From NCBI GenBank assembly GCA_037142555.1, contig JBAXAJ010000001.1, positions 14,835 through 78,834 on the forward strand: a DNA stretch of 64,000 nucleotides, given 5' to 3'. The DNA is from Candidatus Shapirobacteria bacterium. Its GTDB lineage: Bacteria > Patescibacteriota > Microgenomatia > UBA12405. Under the pieces are notes generated by a model that did not search any database, was not told the DNA's origin, and saw only the letters and a program-made list of their open reading frames with translations. The translations under genes and the position numbers were made by a program. Below are positions 19,819 through 29,734 of this stretch, piece by piece (positions within the stretch are counted from its first letter, which is position 1; each line of letters opens with the position of its first letter).

Positions 19819-20571
19819 CTAATTTTTCTTAGCTAAAATTGCCATAAACATTGGGAATTCTTTTCTAGCCTTATTTTCCATCTCTGCAGCTCCACCAGTG
19901 CTGATTTTGTCAGAAACCCATTCTTCAATTTTTTCAATCATAAAACCATTATCAAAAAGCATCTCAGAATAAGCCGAAATTGGGTAATGGAAAGACCAAG
20001 TTTCTTCAGATTTTTCTCCTTTACCTGGGTTTGTCAAAATTGGAATTTCAATTGGCTTCATATATTTGTCAACTCTTCGATATTGAACTTTTTGAGATTG
20101 ATCAATTTCCCAATGACAAAATTTTGGAATTCTAAAAGCTGGATGATTTAAAATAATCAAAAGTTTACCGCCACTTTTTAAATGATCCTTAGCATTTCTG
20201 ACCACTCCAAAAGCTTTTCTAATATTTTGCAGGGCCAAAATTATAGCTGCATGAGAAAAATCTTTTTTATCAATTGGCAAAACTTTACTCACATCAGCCA
20301 CTCCAAAGATATGTTTTGCTTTATTGCTTTTAAGTCGGGCTTCTTCAATTAAAGTAGGGGATAAATCAATTCCCACATAATCAATTTCTTCTCCAATTTG
20401 TCTCTCTAAAACTCCCTGTCCACAGGCTAAATCTAATAAAGAATTACCTTTTTCAAGTTTTAATAATCTCAAACTGTTTGGTAAAACTATTTTTTGATGA
20501 TAGTAATGGCCCTCATCCCCAACGATGTTCTTATACCACTTACCTGATTTTTCCCATGATGTGTCTTGCAT
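19819..20571 (-). CDS. Class I SAM-dependent methyltransferase
   Basis: LLDLACGQG, GIDLS, LKSGGKL. Confidence 0.9.
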   Translation of the reverse strand: MQDTSWEKSGKWYKNIVGDEGHYYHQKIVLPNSLRLLKLEKGNSLLDLACGQGVLERQIGEEIDYVGIDLSPTLIEEARLKSNKAKHIFGVADVSKVLPIDKKDFSHAAIILALQNIRKAFGVVRNAKDHLKSGGKLLIILNHPAFRIPKFCHWEIDQSQKVQYRRVDKYMKPIEIPILTNPGKGEKSEETWSFHYPISAYSEMLFDNGFMIEKIEEWVSDKISTGGAAEMENKARKEFPMFMAILAKKN

Positions 20572-20594
20572 AATTTCAGTAGTATACTAGAAAT

Positions 20595-21236
20595 ATGAAG
20601 TTTAATAAAATAAAAATAATTTTTCCTGTCTTTTTAATTTTAATTTCTTTTGTTCTAGCAACTTATTTTTACCAAATTTTCCCAGACACTCTAGCCACTC
20701 ACTGGGGAATCAATGGTGAAGTCAATGGTTATTCCAGTAAAGCTTTTGGACTATTTTTCATGCCTATTATGTCAGTTTTTCTATTAGCTTTATTTATTTT
20801 TCTACCTCATATTGATCCATACAAAAAGAATTTTTCTGAATTTAAAAAATATTTTGAAAATTTTGTTAATTTAATCTTAGGGTTTTTATTTTATATTTAT
20901 ATCTTAACTTTAGTTTGGAATTCTGGTCATCAAATCAACATTACCCAGCTAATAGCACCAGCTATTGGTGTAATTTTTTATTATGCTGGAGTTTTGATGC
21001 AACATGCCAAAAGAAATTGGTTTGTCGGCATTCGTACTCCTTGGACTATGTCTAGTGTTGTTGTCTGGGAAAAAACTCATGCCCTTGGTGCTAAATTATT
21101 CAAAATTGCTGGTCTCCTATCACTTTTTGGGATTATTTTGCCTCAATATTCACTATTTTTTATCATCATTCCTATTTTAGCTATTACTATTTTTATTTTT
21201 GTTTATTCTTATTGGGAATATAGAAAACTAGCCTAA
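20595..21236 (+). CDS. DUF1648/SdpI-family membrane protein
   Basis: THWGINGEVNGY, RNWFVGIRTPWT, WEKTH. Confidence 0.88.
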   Translation: MKFNKIKIIFPVFLILISFVLATYFYQIFPDTLATHWGINGEVNGYSSKAFGLFFMPIMSVFLLALFIFLPHIDPYKKNFSEFKKYFENFVNLILGFLFYIYILTLVWNSGHQINITQLIAPAIGVIFYYAGVLMQHAKRNWFVGIRTPWTMSSVVVWEKTHALGAKLFKIAGLLSLFGIILPQYSLFFIIIPILAITIFIFVYSYWEYRKLA

Positions 21237-21274
21237 ATATAGGATTAATAACCAATTTAGGATATAATATCGAA

Positions 21275-22033
21275 GTGATTATTATAAAAACACCGCAACA
21301 AATTGAAGGCATTCGAAAATCGTCCAAACTGGCCGCGGCAACTTTAAATTATATTTCTAAATTCGTCAAAGCCGGAGTCTCTACTGAAAAATTAAATCAA
21401 CTTGCTCACAAATTCATAATTGATAATGATGCCATTCCAGGCCCTTTAAACTACAGTGGTTTCCCAAAAAGCATTTGCACTTCAATTAATAATGTTGTTT
21501 GTCATGGAATTCCATCAGAACAACAAATTCTTAAAGAAGGGGACATCATTAATCTCGATGTCACCACTATTTTAGACGCTTTTTACGGCGACACCTCAGC
21601 CACTTTCCCAGTTGGTGAAATAAGTCCTGAAGCCAAAAAACTAATTGAAACTACTAAAAAAGCACTTGATATGTCAATAAAATCCCTAAAACCAGGGAAA
21701 TATCTAAACGATTGTGTTGGTAAGATTATTCAACCTTTTGTCGAAAAAGAAGGCTACAGTGTGGTCCGAGAACTTGGTGGCCATGGTATTGGACTTAAAT
21801 TTCATGAAGATCCTTTTGTTTTTCATTTCGACAGTAATCAAGAAAAAGTTCTTCTAAAAGAAGGCATGATTTTCACTATTGAACCAATGATCAACATTTC
21901 CTCTAATCCAGAAATAAATCTGGACAAAAAAGATGGCTGGACAATCAGAACCTTTGATGGCTCATTATCAGCCCAATTTGAACATACTATTTTAATTACT
22001 AAGACCAGTTATGAGATACTAACTAAACTATGA
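21275..22033 (+). CDS. map: Methionine aminopeptidase type I
   Basis: CTSINNVVCHGIP, GDIINLD, GHGIG, TIEPMI, SAQFEHT. Confidence 0.96.
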   Translation: MIIIKTPQQIEGIRKSSKLAAATLNYISKFVKAGVSTEKLNQLAHKFIIDNDAIPGPLNYSGFPKSICTSINNVVCHGIPSEQQILKEGDIINLDVTTILDAFYGDTSATFPVGEISPEAKKLIETTKKALDMSIKSLKPGKYLNDCVGKIIQPFVEKEGYSVVRELGGHGIGLKFHEDPFVFHFDSNQEKVLLKEGMIFTIEPMINISSNPEINLDKKDGWTIRTFDGSLSAQFEHTILITKTSYEILTKL

Positions 22034-22893
22034 TTATTTTAGATGGCAAAAATACAGCTCAAAAAATTGTTAATAATCTAAAAATTGAATTGGAGAAATA
22101 CCCATCAAAACCTCGATTAGACATAATCTTAGTGGGGGATGACCCAGCTAGTCTTCAATATGATGAAATGAAGCAACGAAAAGCCGCTGAAATCGGAATT
22201 AACGGTGAAATTCATCACTTAGCTCAAGATTCAACAACCACCCAAGTTATATCTCTAGTTGAAAGATTAAACAATGACAATCAAGTCACTGCTTTTATGA
22301 TTCAACTTCCACTTCCACCCCAAATTGACACTTCAATAGTATTAAACACTATTGACCCAAAAAAGGATGCTGATGGTTTAACTTCCACTAATCTAGGTCT
22401 GCTCTTCCAAAAAAAACCAGAAGCCATTGCTTCTGCCACTCCACTCGGTGTCGTAAAACTATTAGAAGAATATAATATTGATGTTAGCGGTAAAAATACG
22501 GTAATTATTGGTCGAAGCCATTTCATTGGCTTGCCACTTTTGGCCCTACTATTAGGCAAAAATTCCACTGTAACTATTTGTCACAGCTACACAAAAGATC
22601 TGCAAAACATTTGTAAAAATGCTGACATTTTAATCACTTCTGCTGGAAAATCAAAATTAATTACCAAAGATTTTGTTAAAAATGGAGCCATTGTCATTGA
22701 CGTTGGTCTAAGTTCCGATCTAGAAAGTGGCAAATTAGTTGGTGATGTTGACTTTGAAGCAGTTTCCCAAGTTGCTAGTTTCATCACTCCAGTTCCAGGT
22801 GGTGTTGGCCCTATGACCATCGCTGCTTTAATTTCAAACACTGTTGAAATTTTTAAAAAAAATAATATTACTACAACAAAATATGAACAATAA
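22030..22893 (+). CDS. folD: Methylene-THF dehydrogenase/cyclohydrolase
   Basis: LVGDDPAS..Y, QLPLP, KDADG, TPVPGGVGPMT. Confidence 0.96.
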   Translation: MIILDGKNTAQKIVNNLKIELEKYPSKPRLDIILVGDDPASLQYDEMKQRKAAEIGINGEIHHLAQDSTTTQVISLVERLNNDNQVTAFMIQLPLPPQIDTSIVLNTIDPKKDADGLTSTNLGLLFQKKPEAIASATPLGVVKLLEEYNIDVSGKNTVIIGRSHFIGLPLLALLLGKNSTVTICHSYTKDLQNICKNADILITSAGKSKLITKDFVKNGAIVIDVGLSSDLESGKLVGDVDFEAVSQVASFITPVPGGVGPMTIAALISNTVEIFKKNNITTTKYEQ

Positions 22894-23011
22894 CTTTAGA
22901 ATTAAATGGGTTTTAAAAGTAATTATAACTTTTATGTTTTTTATGATTATATTTATGTTTTTATTAATTATTTCAAACTCTCTTTTTGGACAATGGTTAT
23001 TTAAATTATAA
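22883..23011 (+). CDS. Putative 42-aa single-TM small protein (below ORF-track cutoff)
   Basis: MNNNFRIKWVLKVIITFMFFMIIFMFLLIISNSLFGQWLFKL*; fills the gap between folD and the next ORF. Confidence 0.35.
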   Translation: MNNNFRIKWVLKVIITFMFFMIIFMFLLIISNSLFGQWLFKL

Positions 23012-23020
23012 ATAATAAAT

Positions 23021-23401
23021 ATGAAGAAAAAAATATTAATTAGTTTTTTATTTATTTTTATTTTTAATTTATTTATATTTTTAATACCGGTTATCCCTCA
23101 AAAATATTTTTCTACCGGAATTTTGAGAATTGGATTTTATTCAAGTATTTTGTTTGTTTTAATAATAACTATTAAATTTTTGTTTGTGGATTATAGTGAT
23201 GATATTAAAAAAAATTGGTTTGGGGAAATATTTACCAAAGTAGGATTGATATTTTTATTTTTTTTACCATCTTTAATTGATACCTATCAAAAGGATATAA
23301 ATGGGATAGGGATGGCTTTATTAATCCTTTTTATAATAATTTTTTTATTCATTACAATTTTGATAACTAGTTTAAAAATAATTTTCAAAAAAGACAATTA
23401 A
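23021..23401 (+). CDS. Hypothetical 4-TM membrane protein
   Basis: Very AT-rich ORF with four hydrophobic segments. Confidence 0.55.
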   Translation: MKKKILISFLFIFIFNLFIFLIPVIPQKYFSTGILRIGFYSSILFVLIITIKFLFVDYSDDIKKNWFGEIFTKVGLIFLFFLPSLIDTYQKDINGIGMALLILFIIIFLFITILITSLKIIFKKDN

Positions 23402-23417
23402 ATTGCTATAATAGGCC

Positions 23418-23561
23418 ATGTCAGAAATACCTCAAAAAATTAAAGAAATTAACCAACAATTAAATAATAATAGAGAAATATTTGAGCCAATTGAAGGGAT
23501 AGATGTCGAGACTTTAGATGAATTCATCCCTAGAGAAGGTGAAAATAAGGATATTAAATAA
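23418..23561 (+). CDS. Putative 47-aa acidic small protein (below ORF-track cutoff)
   Basis: MSEIPQKIKEINQQLNNNREIFEPIEGIDVETLDEFIPREGENKDIK*; TATAAT 5 nt upstream; stop 2 nt before the next ATG. Confidence 0.55.
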   Translation: MSEIPQKIKEINQQLNNNREIFEPIEGIDVETLDEFIPREGENKDIK

Positions 23562-23563
23562 AT

Positions 23564-23806
23564 ATGAAAATCCAACTTTATGATCGAGGTAGTCCGCAAG
23601 GAAAACAATTATTTGCCAACATTGAATCCATCTGCAAACGTCTCCAAATTGATTACGATCCAGAATATGTCAAAGATATGAACCGAGTCTATTCTATGGG
23701 CATCCAAGGTTCTAGTGTCTTAATGATCGACAACGAAATCGCTCTAGTTGACAAATACCCATCTCTAAAAGATCTTGAAACCATTATTTCAGATTACTTA
23801 AAATAA
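23564..23806 (+). CDS. Small thioredoxin-fold protein (MTH895/Thioredoxin_3-like) lacking CxxC
   Basis: MKIQLY..GSPQGKQL...EYVKDM......GI.....LMIDNE......YPS..DL pattern. Confidence 0.6.
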   Translation: MKIQLYDRGSPQGKQLFANIESICKRLQIDYDPEYVKDMNRVYSMGIQGSSVLMIDNEIALVDKYPSLKDLETIISDYLK

Positions 23807-23811
23807 ATATT

Positions 23812-24024
23812 ATGATCAAAAACATTAGAAAATATTTATCAAAAAGAAAAAATTTAAGAATTATTATAGATTTCTTAGGGGCTATTGCTATTTGGTGGGG
23901 TATTTGGGGAATTTTAGATCTTTTTGTTTTCCCTGAAAATCAACTATTAAGCTACATTGTTTCAATTGTCTTTGGTTTTATTTTATTAATAATCGATGGC
24001 AACGGTCTAGACGAACTTAAATAG
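23812..24024 (+). CDS. Small hypothetical 2-TM membrane protein
   Basis: AIWWGIWGILD motif, two hydrophobic helices. Confidence 0.6.
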   Translation: MIKNIRKYLSKRKNLRIIIDFLGAIAIWWGIWGILDLFVFPENQLLSYIVSIVFGFILLIIDGNGLDELK

Positions 24025-24795
24025 TCGCTTCGCATTTTCGTCGATAATCTTTTCTGTTTCTTCAAAACTTTTGCCCCAAATTCCCGCCACTTTTTTATAA
24101 ATATATTTCACATTTATTGGATTATTCTCCTGTCCTCGAAATGGTTCTGGTGTCAGGTAAGGGGAATCAGTTTCTAGTATTAATCTATCTTTAGGAATAT
24201 TTTTAATAACTTCAATAAGTCCATCTTCATAAGTTAAATTTCCATCAATTCCAAAATACCAATTTTCACCTAAATCCAAAATTTTTTGGATTCTTTTTTT
24301 ACCACCAGCATAACAATGGAAAACTCCACTTAAATTTTTATATTCTTTTAAAATCTCAATAGTTTCATCAACTGCTTTTCTAGCATGAATAATTAAAGGT
24401 AATTTATATTTCAAAGCTATCTCAATTTGACCCTTGAATAATATTTCTTGTTCTTTTTTATCCCTATCTTTTTCGCCCGGAGGCGCAGGGGAGTAATCCA
24501 GCCCACATTCACCAACAGCCACAACTATATCACTATTATTTTTAGCCAAACTATCCAATAAATTTATCTGTTCGTCTAAAGACATTTTAATATCCGGATC
24601 AGTATCTTGAGGGTGGATTCCAATCGCAGCAAAAAGGATTCCTTTATTTTCCTTAACTAACTCAATATTTTCTTTTGAATCTTCAATATTTGACGCCGCC
24701 AAAACAACTTTCATTTTTTCTTCTTTTATTTTTCCAATTGATCCTTGGACAGTGTCGCAAAATGTTTTAGACAAATGAGCATGTGTATCAATCAT
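24007..24795 (-). CDS. tatD: TatD-family nuclease
   Basis: IDTHAHL, GIHP, VGECGLDY, IHAR, FHCY, LETDSPYL. Confidence 0.95.
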   Translation of the reverse strand: MIDTHAHLSKTFCDTVQGSIGKIKEEKMKVVLAASNIEDSKENIELVKENKGILFAAIGIHPQDTDPDIKMSLDEQINLLDSLAKNNSDIVVAVGECGLDYSPAPPGEKDRDKKEQEILFKGQIEIALKYKLPLIIHARKAVDETIEILKEYKNLSGVFHCYAGGKKRIQKILDLGENWYFGIDGNLTYEDGLIEVIKNIPKDRLILETDSPYLTPEPFRGQENNPINVKYIYKKVAGIWGKSFEETEKIIDENAKRLFKFV

Positions 24796-24796
24796 C

Positions 24797-26203
24797 TTAT
24801 TTTATTCTTGGAAATAAAGATTCATTCAAAGCTTTAACTTCATTTTCGAAACAATTTTCAATTTTTTTAGCCACTTCTGGCATCACAATTTGCAAATGGA
24901 AGGCAGCTTGTCGGATATTACTGATACATTCATTTAAAACAGCAATTCTTTTTGGATCATCTTTTTCTAATTTCCATGGACTACTTTGATTTAGTTTTAA
25001 ATTTGAAATATCAACCCATTTATCAAAAACCAATTGGAAAGCCTCATCTAATTTCAAATCATTAATCAATTTTCCAAACTCGCTATCAAATTCATATTTT
25101 TCGTCTAAAACTTTTTGACCTTCAGCCAATTTGGCTACTCTTGAAACTAAATTTCCAAAATTATTAGCTAAATCAGCATTATATTTTTCTTTAAATCTAG
25201 TGGTTCCAACATCAGAATCATTATCAGATGGGAAAGATCGAGCAATTAGATATTTACTTCCTTCAACTCCAAAAAGGTCAACTAGTTGTTGTGGTGAAAT
25301 AACATTTCCTAATGATTTAGACATTTTTTGTCCATCAATCATATAAAAACTATGAGTGTAAGTTTTTTTAGGTAATTCAATTTTTGCTGATAATAAAATT
25401 GCTTGCCAAATGACAGTGTGAAACCACAAAATTTCTTTTCCTAATAAATGCAAATCAGCTGGCCAAAAATCTTTTTTACCTTCAACAAATTGAGTCGCAC
25501 TATAATAGTTTATTAAAGCATCAATCCAAACATAAACAGTTTGTTTAGAATCCCAAGGAGTCACAATTCCCCATTCAACATTTTCTCGAGAGATTGAAAC
25601 ATCTCGAACCCCAGCCTTAAGTTTAGCCAATATTTCTAATCTTTTGCCTTCTGGGAATATATAATTACTTTCTTTATTTTCAATTAATTTAATAATCTCT
25701 GGGACATATTTACTCAATTTAAAAAACCAATTTTCTTCACTTTTGGAAACAGTTTTTTCTGGTGGGTGAAGGGCACAATGATTATCTTCTAATTCCGCTT
25801 CATTCAAAAATTTTTCACAACCAATGCAATATAAACCCTCATATTTATCTTTATAAACATCTCCATTGTCATAAATTTTTTGCAAAATTTCACTGACAAC
25901 TTTTTCGTGTTTTGGATCAGTAGTCCTGATAAAAAAATCAAAACTAATATCTAATTTTTCCCAAGCTTCTTTAAATCTTGGTGAAATCTTATCGCAATAT
26001 TCCTTAACTTCGAGTCCTTCTTCTTCAGCACTTTCAGCCACTTTTTGTCCATGTTCATCAGTTCCAGTTAAAAAGAAAACGTCTTCCCTTTTCGCTCGAT
26101 GGAGTCGGGCCACAATATCAGCCGCCACAGTAGTGCAGGTGTGTCCAATATGAGGCACATCGTTGATGTAATATATGGGAGTCGTTATAAAGAACTTGTC
26201 CAT
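24797..26203 (-). CDS. metG: Methionyl-tRNA synthetase (short form)
   Basis: TTPIYY..DVPHIGH, TGTDEHG, KMSKS. Confidence 0.96.
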   Translation of the reverse strand: MDKFFITTPIYYINDVPHIGHTCTTVAADIVARLHRAKREDVFFLTGTDEHGQKVAESAEEEGLEVKEYCDKISPRFKEAWEKLDISFDFFIRTTDPKHEKVVSEILQKIYDNGDVYKDKYEGLYCIGCEKFLNEAELEDNHCALHPPEKTVSKSEENWFFKLSKYVPEIIKLIENKESNYIFPEGKRLEILAKLKAGVRDVSISRENVEWGIVTPWDSKQTVYVWIDALINYYSATQFVEGKKDFWPADLHLLGKEILWFHTVIWQAILLSAKIELPKKTYTHSFYMIDGQKMSKSLGNVISPQQLVDLFGVEGSKYLIARSFPSDNDSDVGTTRFKEKYNADLANNFGNLVSRVAKLAEGQKVLDEKYEFDSEFGKLINDLKLDEAFQLVFDKWVDISNLKLNQSSPWKLEKDDPKRIAVLNECISNIRQAAFHLQIVMPEVAKKIENCFENEVKALNESLFPRIK

Positions 26204-26206
26204 TCC

Positions 26207-26545
26207 TTATTTTACCATTTTACTATTAGCTTTTTTGATTGCTTTTTTAGTATTTTTCTTAGCGACTTTCTTAACTGTTTTCTTTTTAGTGTCAACTACC
26301 TTAGCTAAACCAGACTTAGCTGATCTAGAAAATTTAGCTTTTAATCTAGAAACCTTGTTAGGATGATAAATATTATTTTTAATTGCTTTATCTAAAACAG
26401 AATAAACATCTTTCAAAGCACTTTCAGTTGGTTTTGCTGAAAACTTTTTAAGGATTGCTTTAAGCTTAATTTTAAACGAAACATTCACCTTATTATTTTT
26501 TAAGGCTTTTCTTAGTGATTTTTTTGCGGATTGACTGATTGGCAT
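26207..26545 (-). CDS. rpsT: 30S ribosomal protein S20 with Lys-rich C-terminal extension
   Basis: MPISQSAKKSLRK...LDKAIKNNIYHPNKVSRLK; start placed at ATG 26545. Confidence 0.9.
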   Translation of the reverse strand: MPISQSAKKSLRKALKNNKVNVSFKIKLKAILKKFSAKPTESALKDVYSVLDKAIKNNIYHPNKVSRLKAKFSRSAKSGLAKVVDTKKKTVKKVAKKNTKKAIKKANSKMVK

Positions 26546-26604
26546 GATAAGCATTTTAACTTATATCCTAACTATTTACAATAATTTATTATAAAATCAT
26601 AATC

Positions 26605-28227
26605 ATGAGCTCTTTTCTTCTCGAAAAAATAAAAAATTTTACCCAAAGAAAGCAGAGTACCATCCTCTCAGCTTCGCTAGTTTTAGCGGTAACTTTTGGG
26701 ATTTCTGCTCTTCTAGGCTTTTTAAGAAGCCGATTTTTATACGCTCACTTTTTTAATTGTTGTGTTGCCGATCTTGATGTTTATAATGCTGCTTTTCGTC
26801 TTCCTGATCTAATTTTCAAACTTTTAGTCACTGGTGCTCTCTCAGCTTCTTTCATTCCAGTCTATTCTTCTTATCTTCATAAAAACAAAAAAACTGCTGA
26901 CAGAATGGCTTCAAGTGTCATTAATCTTCTTTTAATCATTTTTTCTGTTGCTTCAATCATCGTCATAATTTTTGCTCACCCACTTTCCCAATTTATTGCC
27001 CATGGTTTCACCCCATCACAAGTTGATTTAATGGCTAATTTAACCAGAATTCTTTTAATAGCCCAAATATTTTTCCTAGTTAGTAACTTTTTAACCGGGA
27101 TTCTTCAAGTTAATCAAATATTTATAGTTTCAGCCATTTCACCTATTGTTTACAATATTTTTATAATTCTTGGTATTTTCACTCTAGCTCCAATTTTTGG
27201 AATCTATGGAGTTGTCTATGGTGCAGTAGTTGGTGCCTTTTTCCATTTAGCTATTCAAATTCCATCTATTCGTCGTCAGGGATTTAAATTTTCCTTCATT
27301 ATTAAAACAAAACTAAAAGGAGTTAGAGAAGTTTTCAAATTAATGGTTCCTCGAAGTTTAGCCCTAGGACTAGGTGAAATTGAAAATACTGTCACTCTAT
27401 TTTTTGCCACCACTCTTGCCGCTGGGTCTCTTTCTTTACTTAATCTAGCTGTCCAATTTATGTATTTGCCAAGTCGTATTTTTGGCACCACTATTGGACA
27501 AGCATCTTTACCAATTTTATCGAGTAATATCGCTAAAAACGAACTAGAATCTTTCAAAAAAACTGTCAGTAAAATTATTCTTCAAAGTCTTTATATTGCT
27601 CTTCCTATAACTGTTTTAATTCTAGTCAATCGTCTAGCTATTGTTCGTATCCTTTTTGGTTCTAAAGAATTTCCTTGGGCTGCTACCTTATTAACCGCCA
27701 AAATTTTAGCTTATTTAACTCCAGCCATCGCTTGTCAGGCAGTAATTCAAATTCTAATTCGTGCTTTCTATGCTCTTCATAACACTAAAACTCCATTCAA
27801 AATTTCCTTTATATCTCTTTTTGCGACTGTTGCCACCAGCTATTACTTCATAAATTTCACTAATCTAGGAGTTGTTAGTTTAGCCATTAGTGCTTCAATA
27901 GGTAATTTAGTCCAAATGTTTGGTCTTCTATATTTATTTATTAAAACCGTCCATGGTTTTGACTGGGCCCAAATGTTCAGTAAATTTAATCGAATTTTTC
28001 TTTCTACTTTAATTATGGGTTTTGTTTCTTGGCTAAGCATCAGATTTTTTGATCTTTTTATCCTAGATACCACCAAAACTATTTATCTTATGATTCTTTT
28101 TATTCTTTCCAGTTTAATCGGAATCATAACCTACATTGCCTCATCAAAGCTTCTAAATGTTGACGAATATAAAGATTATTTAAAGTACGGTGTTAAGATA
28201 AAAAACTTTTTCAACAAAAAGAAATAA
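26605..28227 (+). CDS. murJ: Lipid II flippase MurJ/MviN
   Basis: LLGFLR, AAFRLPD, GALSASFIP, RAFYAL..TKTP. Confidence 0.92.
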   Translation: MSSFLLEKIKNFTQRKQSTILSASLVLAVTFGISALLGFLRSRFLYAHFFNCCVADLDVYNAAFRLPDLIFKLLVTGALSASFIPVYSSYLHKNKKTADRMASSVINLLLIIFSVASIIVIIFAHPLSQFIAHGFTPSQVDLMANLTRILLIAQIFFLVSNFLTGILQVNQIFIVSAISPIVYNIFIILGIFTLAPIFGIYGVVYGAVVGAFFHLAIQIPSIRRQGFKFSFIIKTKLKGVREVFKLMVPRSLALGLGEIENTVTLFFATTLAAGSLSLLNLAVQFMYLPSRIFGTTIGQASLPILSSNIAKNELESFKKTVSKIILQSLYIALPITVLILVNRLAIVRILFGSKEFPWAATLLTAKILAYLTPAIACQAVIQILIRAFYALHNTKTPFKISFISLFATVATSYYFINFTNLGVVSLAISASIGNLVQMFGLLYLFIKTVHGFDWAQMFSKFNRIFLSTLIMGFVSWLSIRFFDLFILDTTKTIYLMILFILSSLIGIITYIASSKLLNVDEYKDYLKYGVKIKNFFNKKK

Positions 28228-28282
28228 AGATGTTCCAGATAGTGCTATTTTTTTTCTATAGATAGTCATATATACTGAATGT

Positions 28283-28855
28283 ATGACTATCAAAAAAGAG
28301 GTCTCTCTTTTGCCGGAATCAGAGAATCCTAATTCACTCAATTCCAGAGTAATCAAATGGCTCACGACTGTGGGTCGAGTAGTCATCATTTTTACCGAAC
28401 TAATCGTTGTCACTGCTTTTGCTTCTCGTTTTTGGTTAGACAGAAGAAATGCCGATTTATCTGAAATTATTCGTCAACAACAAGCAATTTTAAACACTAC
28501 TAAAGATTTTGAAAATCAATATTCTTTTCTTCAACAGAAACTAAAAATTATTAGAGATTTTTACAGCAATGACCCTGCTTATAACACTAAAATTACTTCT
28601 CTAATTTCCAGCACTCCAGATAACATTGTCTATGACAATTTATCTCTTTCTAAAGATGAAACTTTAAATAAAACCGTTGCCTCTATTTCTTTGACAGCTT
28701 ACAAAGAAGATTCCATCGTTGATTTCATAACTAATTTAATGCTTAATCCTGATATCCAAACCGTTAATATTAATAAAATTGAAAAAAAAGCTCAAGAAAA
28801 TAAATATTCAATCAATATTAGTTTAGTGTTCAAAACACCTACTCCAAAGACATGA
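28283..28855 (+). CDS. PilN-like type IV pilus alignment protein
   Basis: SLLP N-terminal motif, TM, coiled coil, ferredoxin-like C domain; precedes a PilO-like gene. Confidence 0.6.
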   Translation: MTIKKEVSLLPESENPNSLNSRVIKWLTTVGRVVIIFTELIVVTAFASRFWLDRRNADLSEIIRQQQAILNTTKDFENQYSFLQQKLKIIRDFYSNDPAYNTKITSLISSTPDNIVYDNLSLSKDETLNKTVASISLTAYKEDSIVDFITNLMLNPDIQTVNINKIEKKAQENKYSINISLVFKTPTPKT

Positions 28856-29487
28856 TCGAATTAAATTCATTCATCCAGATTCAGCAAATCTACAAATACG
28901 TCAGAAAACAAAGAGAAAACCAAAAGTTTTTAAAATATATTGAAATTGCTGCCACTTTTATTTTAATTTCTGTTTTCCTATTTCTTGCGATTAAACCGAC
29001 TGCCACTACAATTTTTTCACTTTTAGGAGACATCAAATCAAAAGAGCTACAAACTAAACAAATGAAAGCAAAAATTGTCAGCATTGTTGCCGCTCAAGAT
29101 TTATATTCTCAAGTCGAAGAAAAATATGATGTGATTGAATCAAGTCTTCCAGACAAACCAAAATATTATCAATCAGCTCTAAATTTTTCTTCTCTTTCTC
29201 AAAAATCAAACACTTCTCTTGACCAGGTAAACTTTAATTTAAGCACTGATGATAATAAAAAATTATCAACTAACATTGACAGTTATTCAGTCAACATAAT
29301 TAGTCAAAGCAACTATAATTCTGCTCTAGAGTTTATTAAAAATATTCTAAGCAACAGAAGACTAGTTGATCTAAAAACTATTCAATTATCAAAACCAGAT
29401 GACAAAATAAGCACTTCTTCAGGTAATCTTAAGCTAAACATTACTGCCAAATTATTTTATTTAAAAGATCAAAATGAAAAGAAATAA
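28852..29487 (+). CDS. PilO-like type IV pilus alignment protein
   Basis: TM, coiled coil, SLPDKP, YNSALEFI..I....RL. Confidence 0.6.
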   Translation: MIELNSFIQIQQIYKYVRKQRENQKFLKYIEIAATFILISVFLFLAIKPTATTIFSLLGDIKSKELQTKQMKAKIVSIVAAQDLYSQVEEKYDVIESSLPDKPKYYQSALNFSSLSQKSNTSLDQVNFNLSTDDNKKLSTNIDSYSVNIISQSNYNSALEFIKNILSNRRLVDLKTIQLSKPDDKISTSSGNLKLNITAKLFYLKDQNEKK

Positions 29488-29734
29488 TTTTTCCCTATAT
29501 TTTATATTTATTGCTTTCTTTTCTTTCTTAGCTATTTTTATATCAATTGTCCAAAATAGTTATAAAAATTTAGTTAAACCAGTCGATAAAATTAAAAGTG
29601 AAAAAATAGAACCCCTTAATCTTAATTTAGACACTGAAATTATTTCTCAGATAGAATCCAGAGAGGAAATTTTTGTTGCTCCAACTCCAGAACCAACAGT
29701 CGAACCATTATTAGAAGAAGTTGTCTCACCATGA
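29474..29734 (+). CDS. Small membrane-anchored hypothetical protein
   Basis: N-terminal TM, Pro/Thr tail, overlaps both neighbours. Confidence 0.6.
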   Translation: MKRNNFSLYFIFIAFFSFLAIFISIVQNSYKNLVKPVDKIKSEKIEPLNLNLDTEIISQIESREEIFVAPTPEPTVEPLLEEVVSP

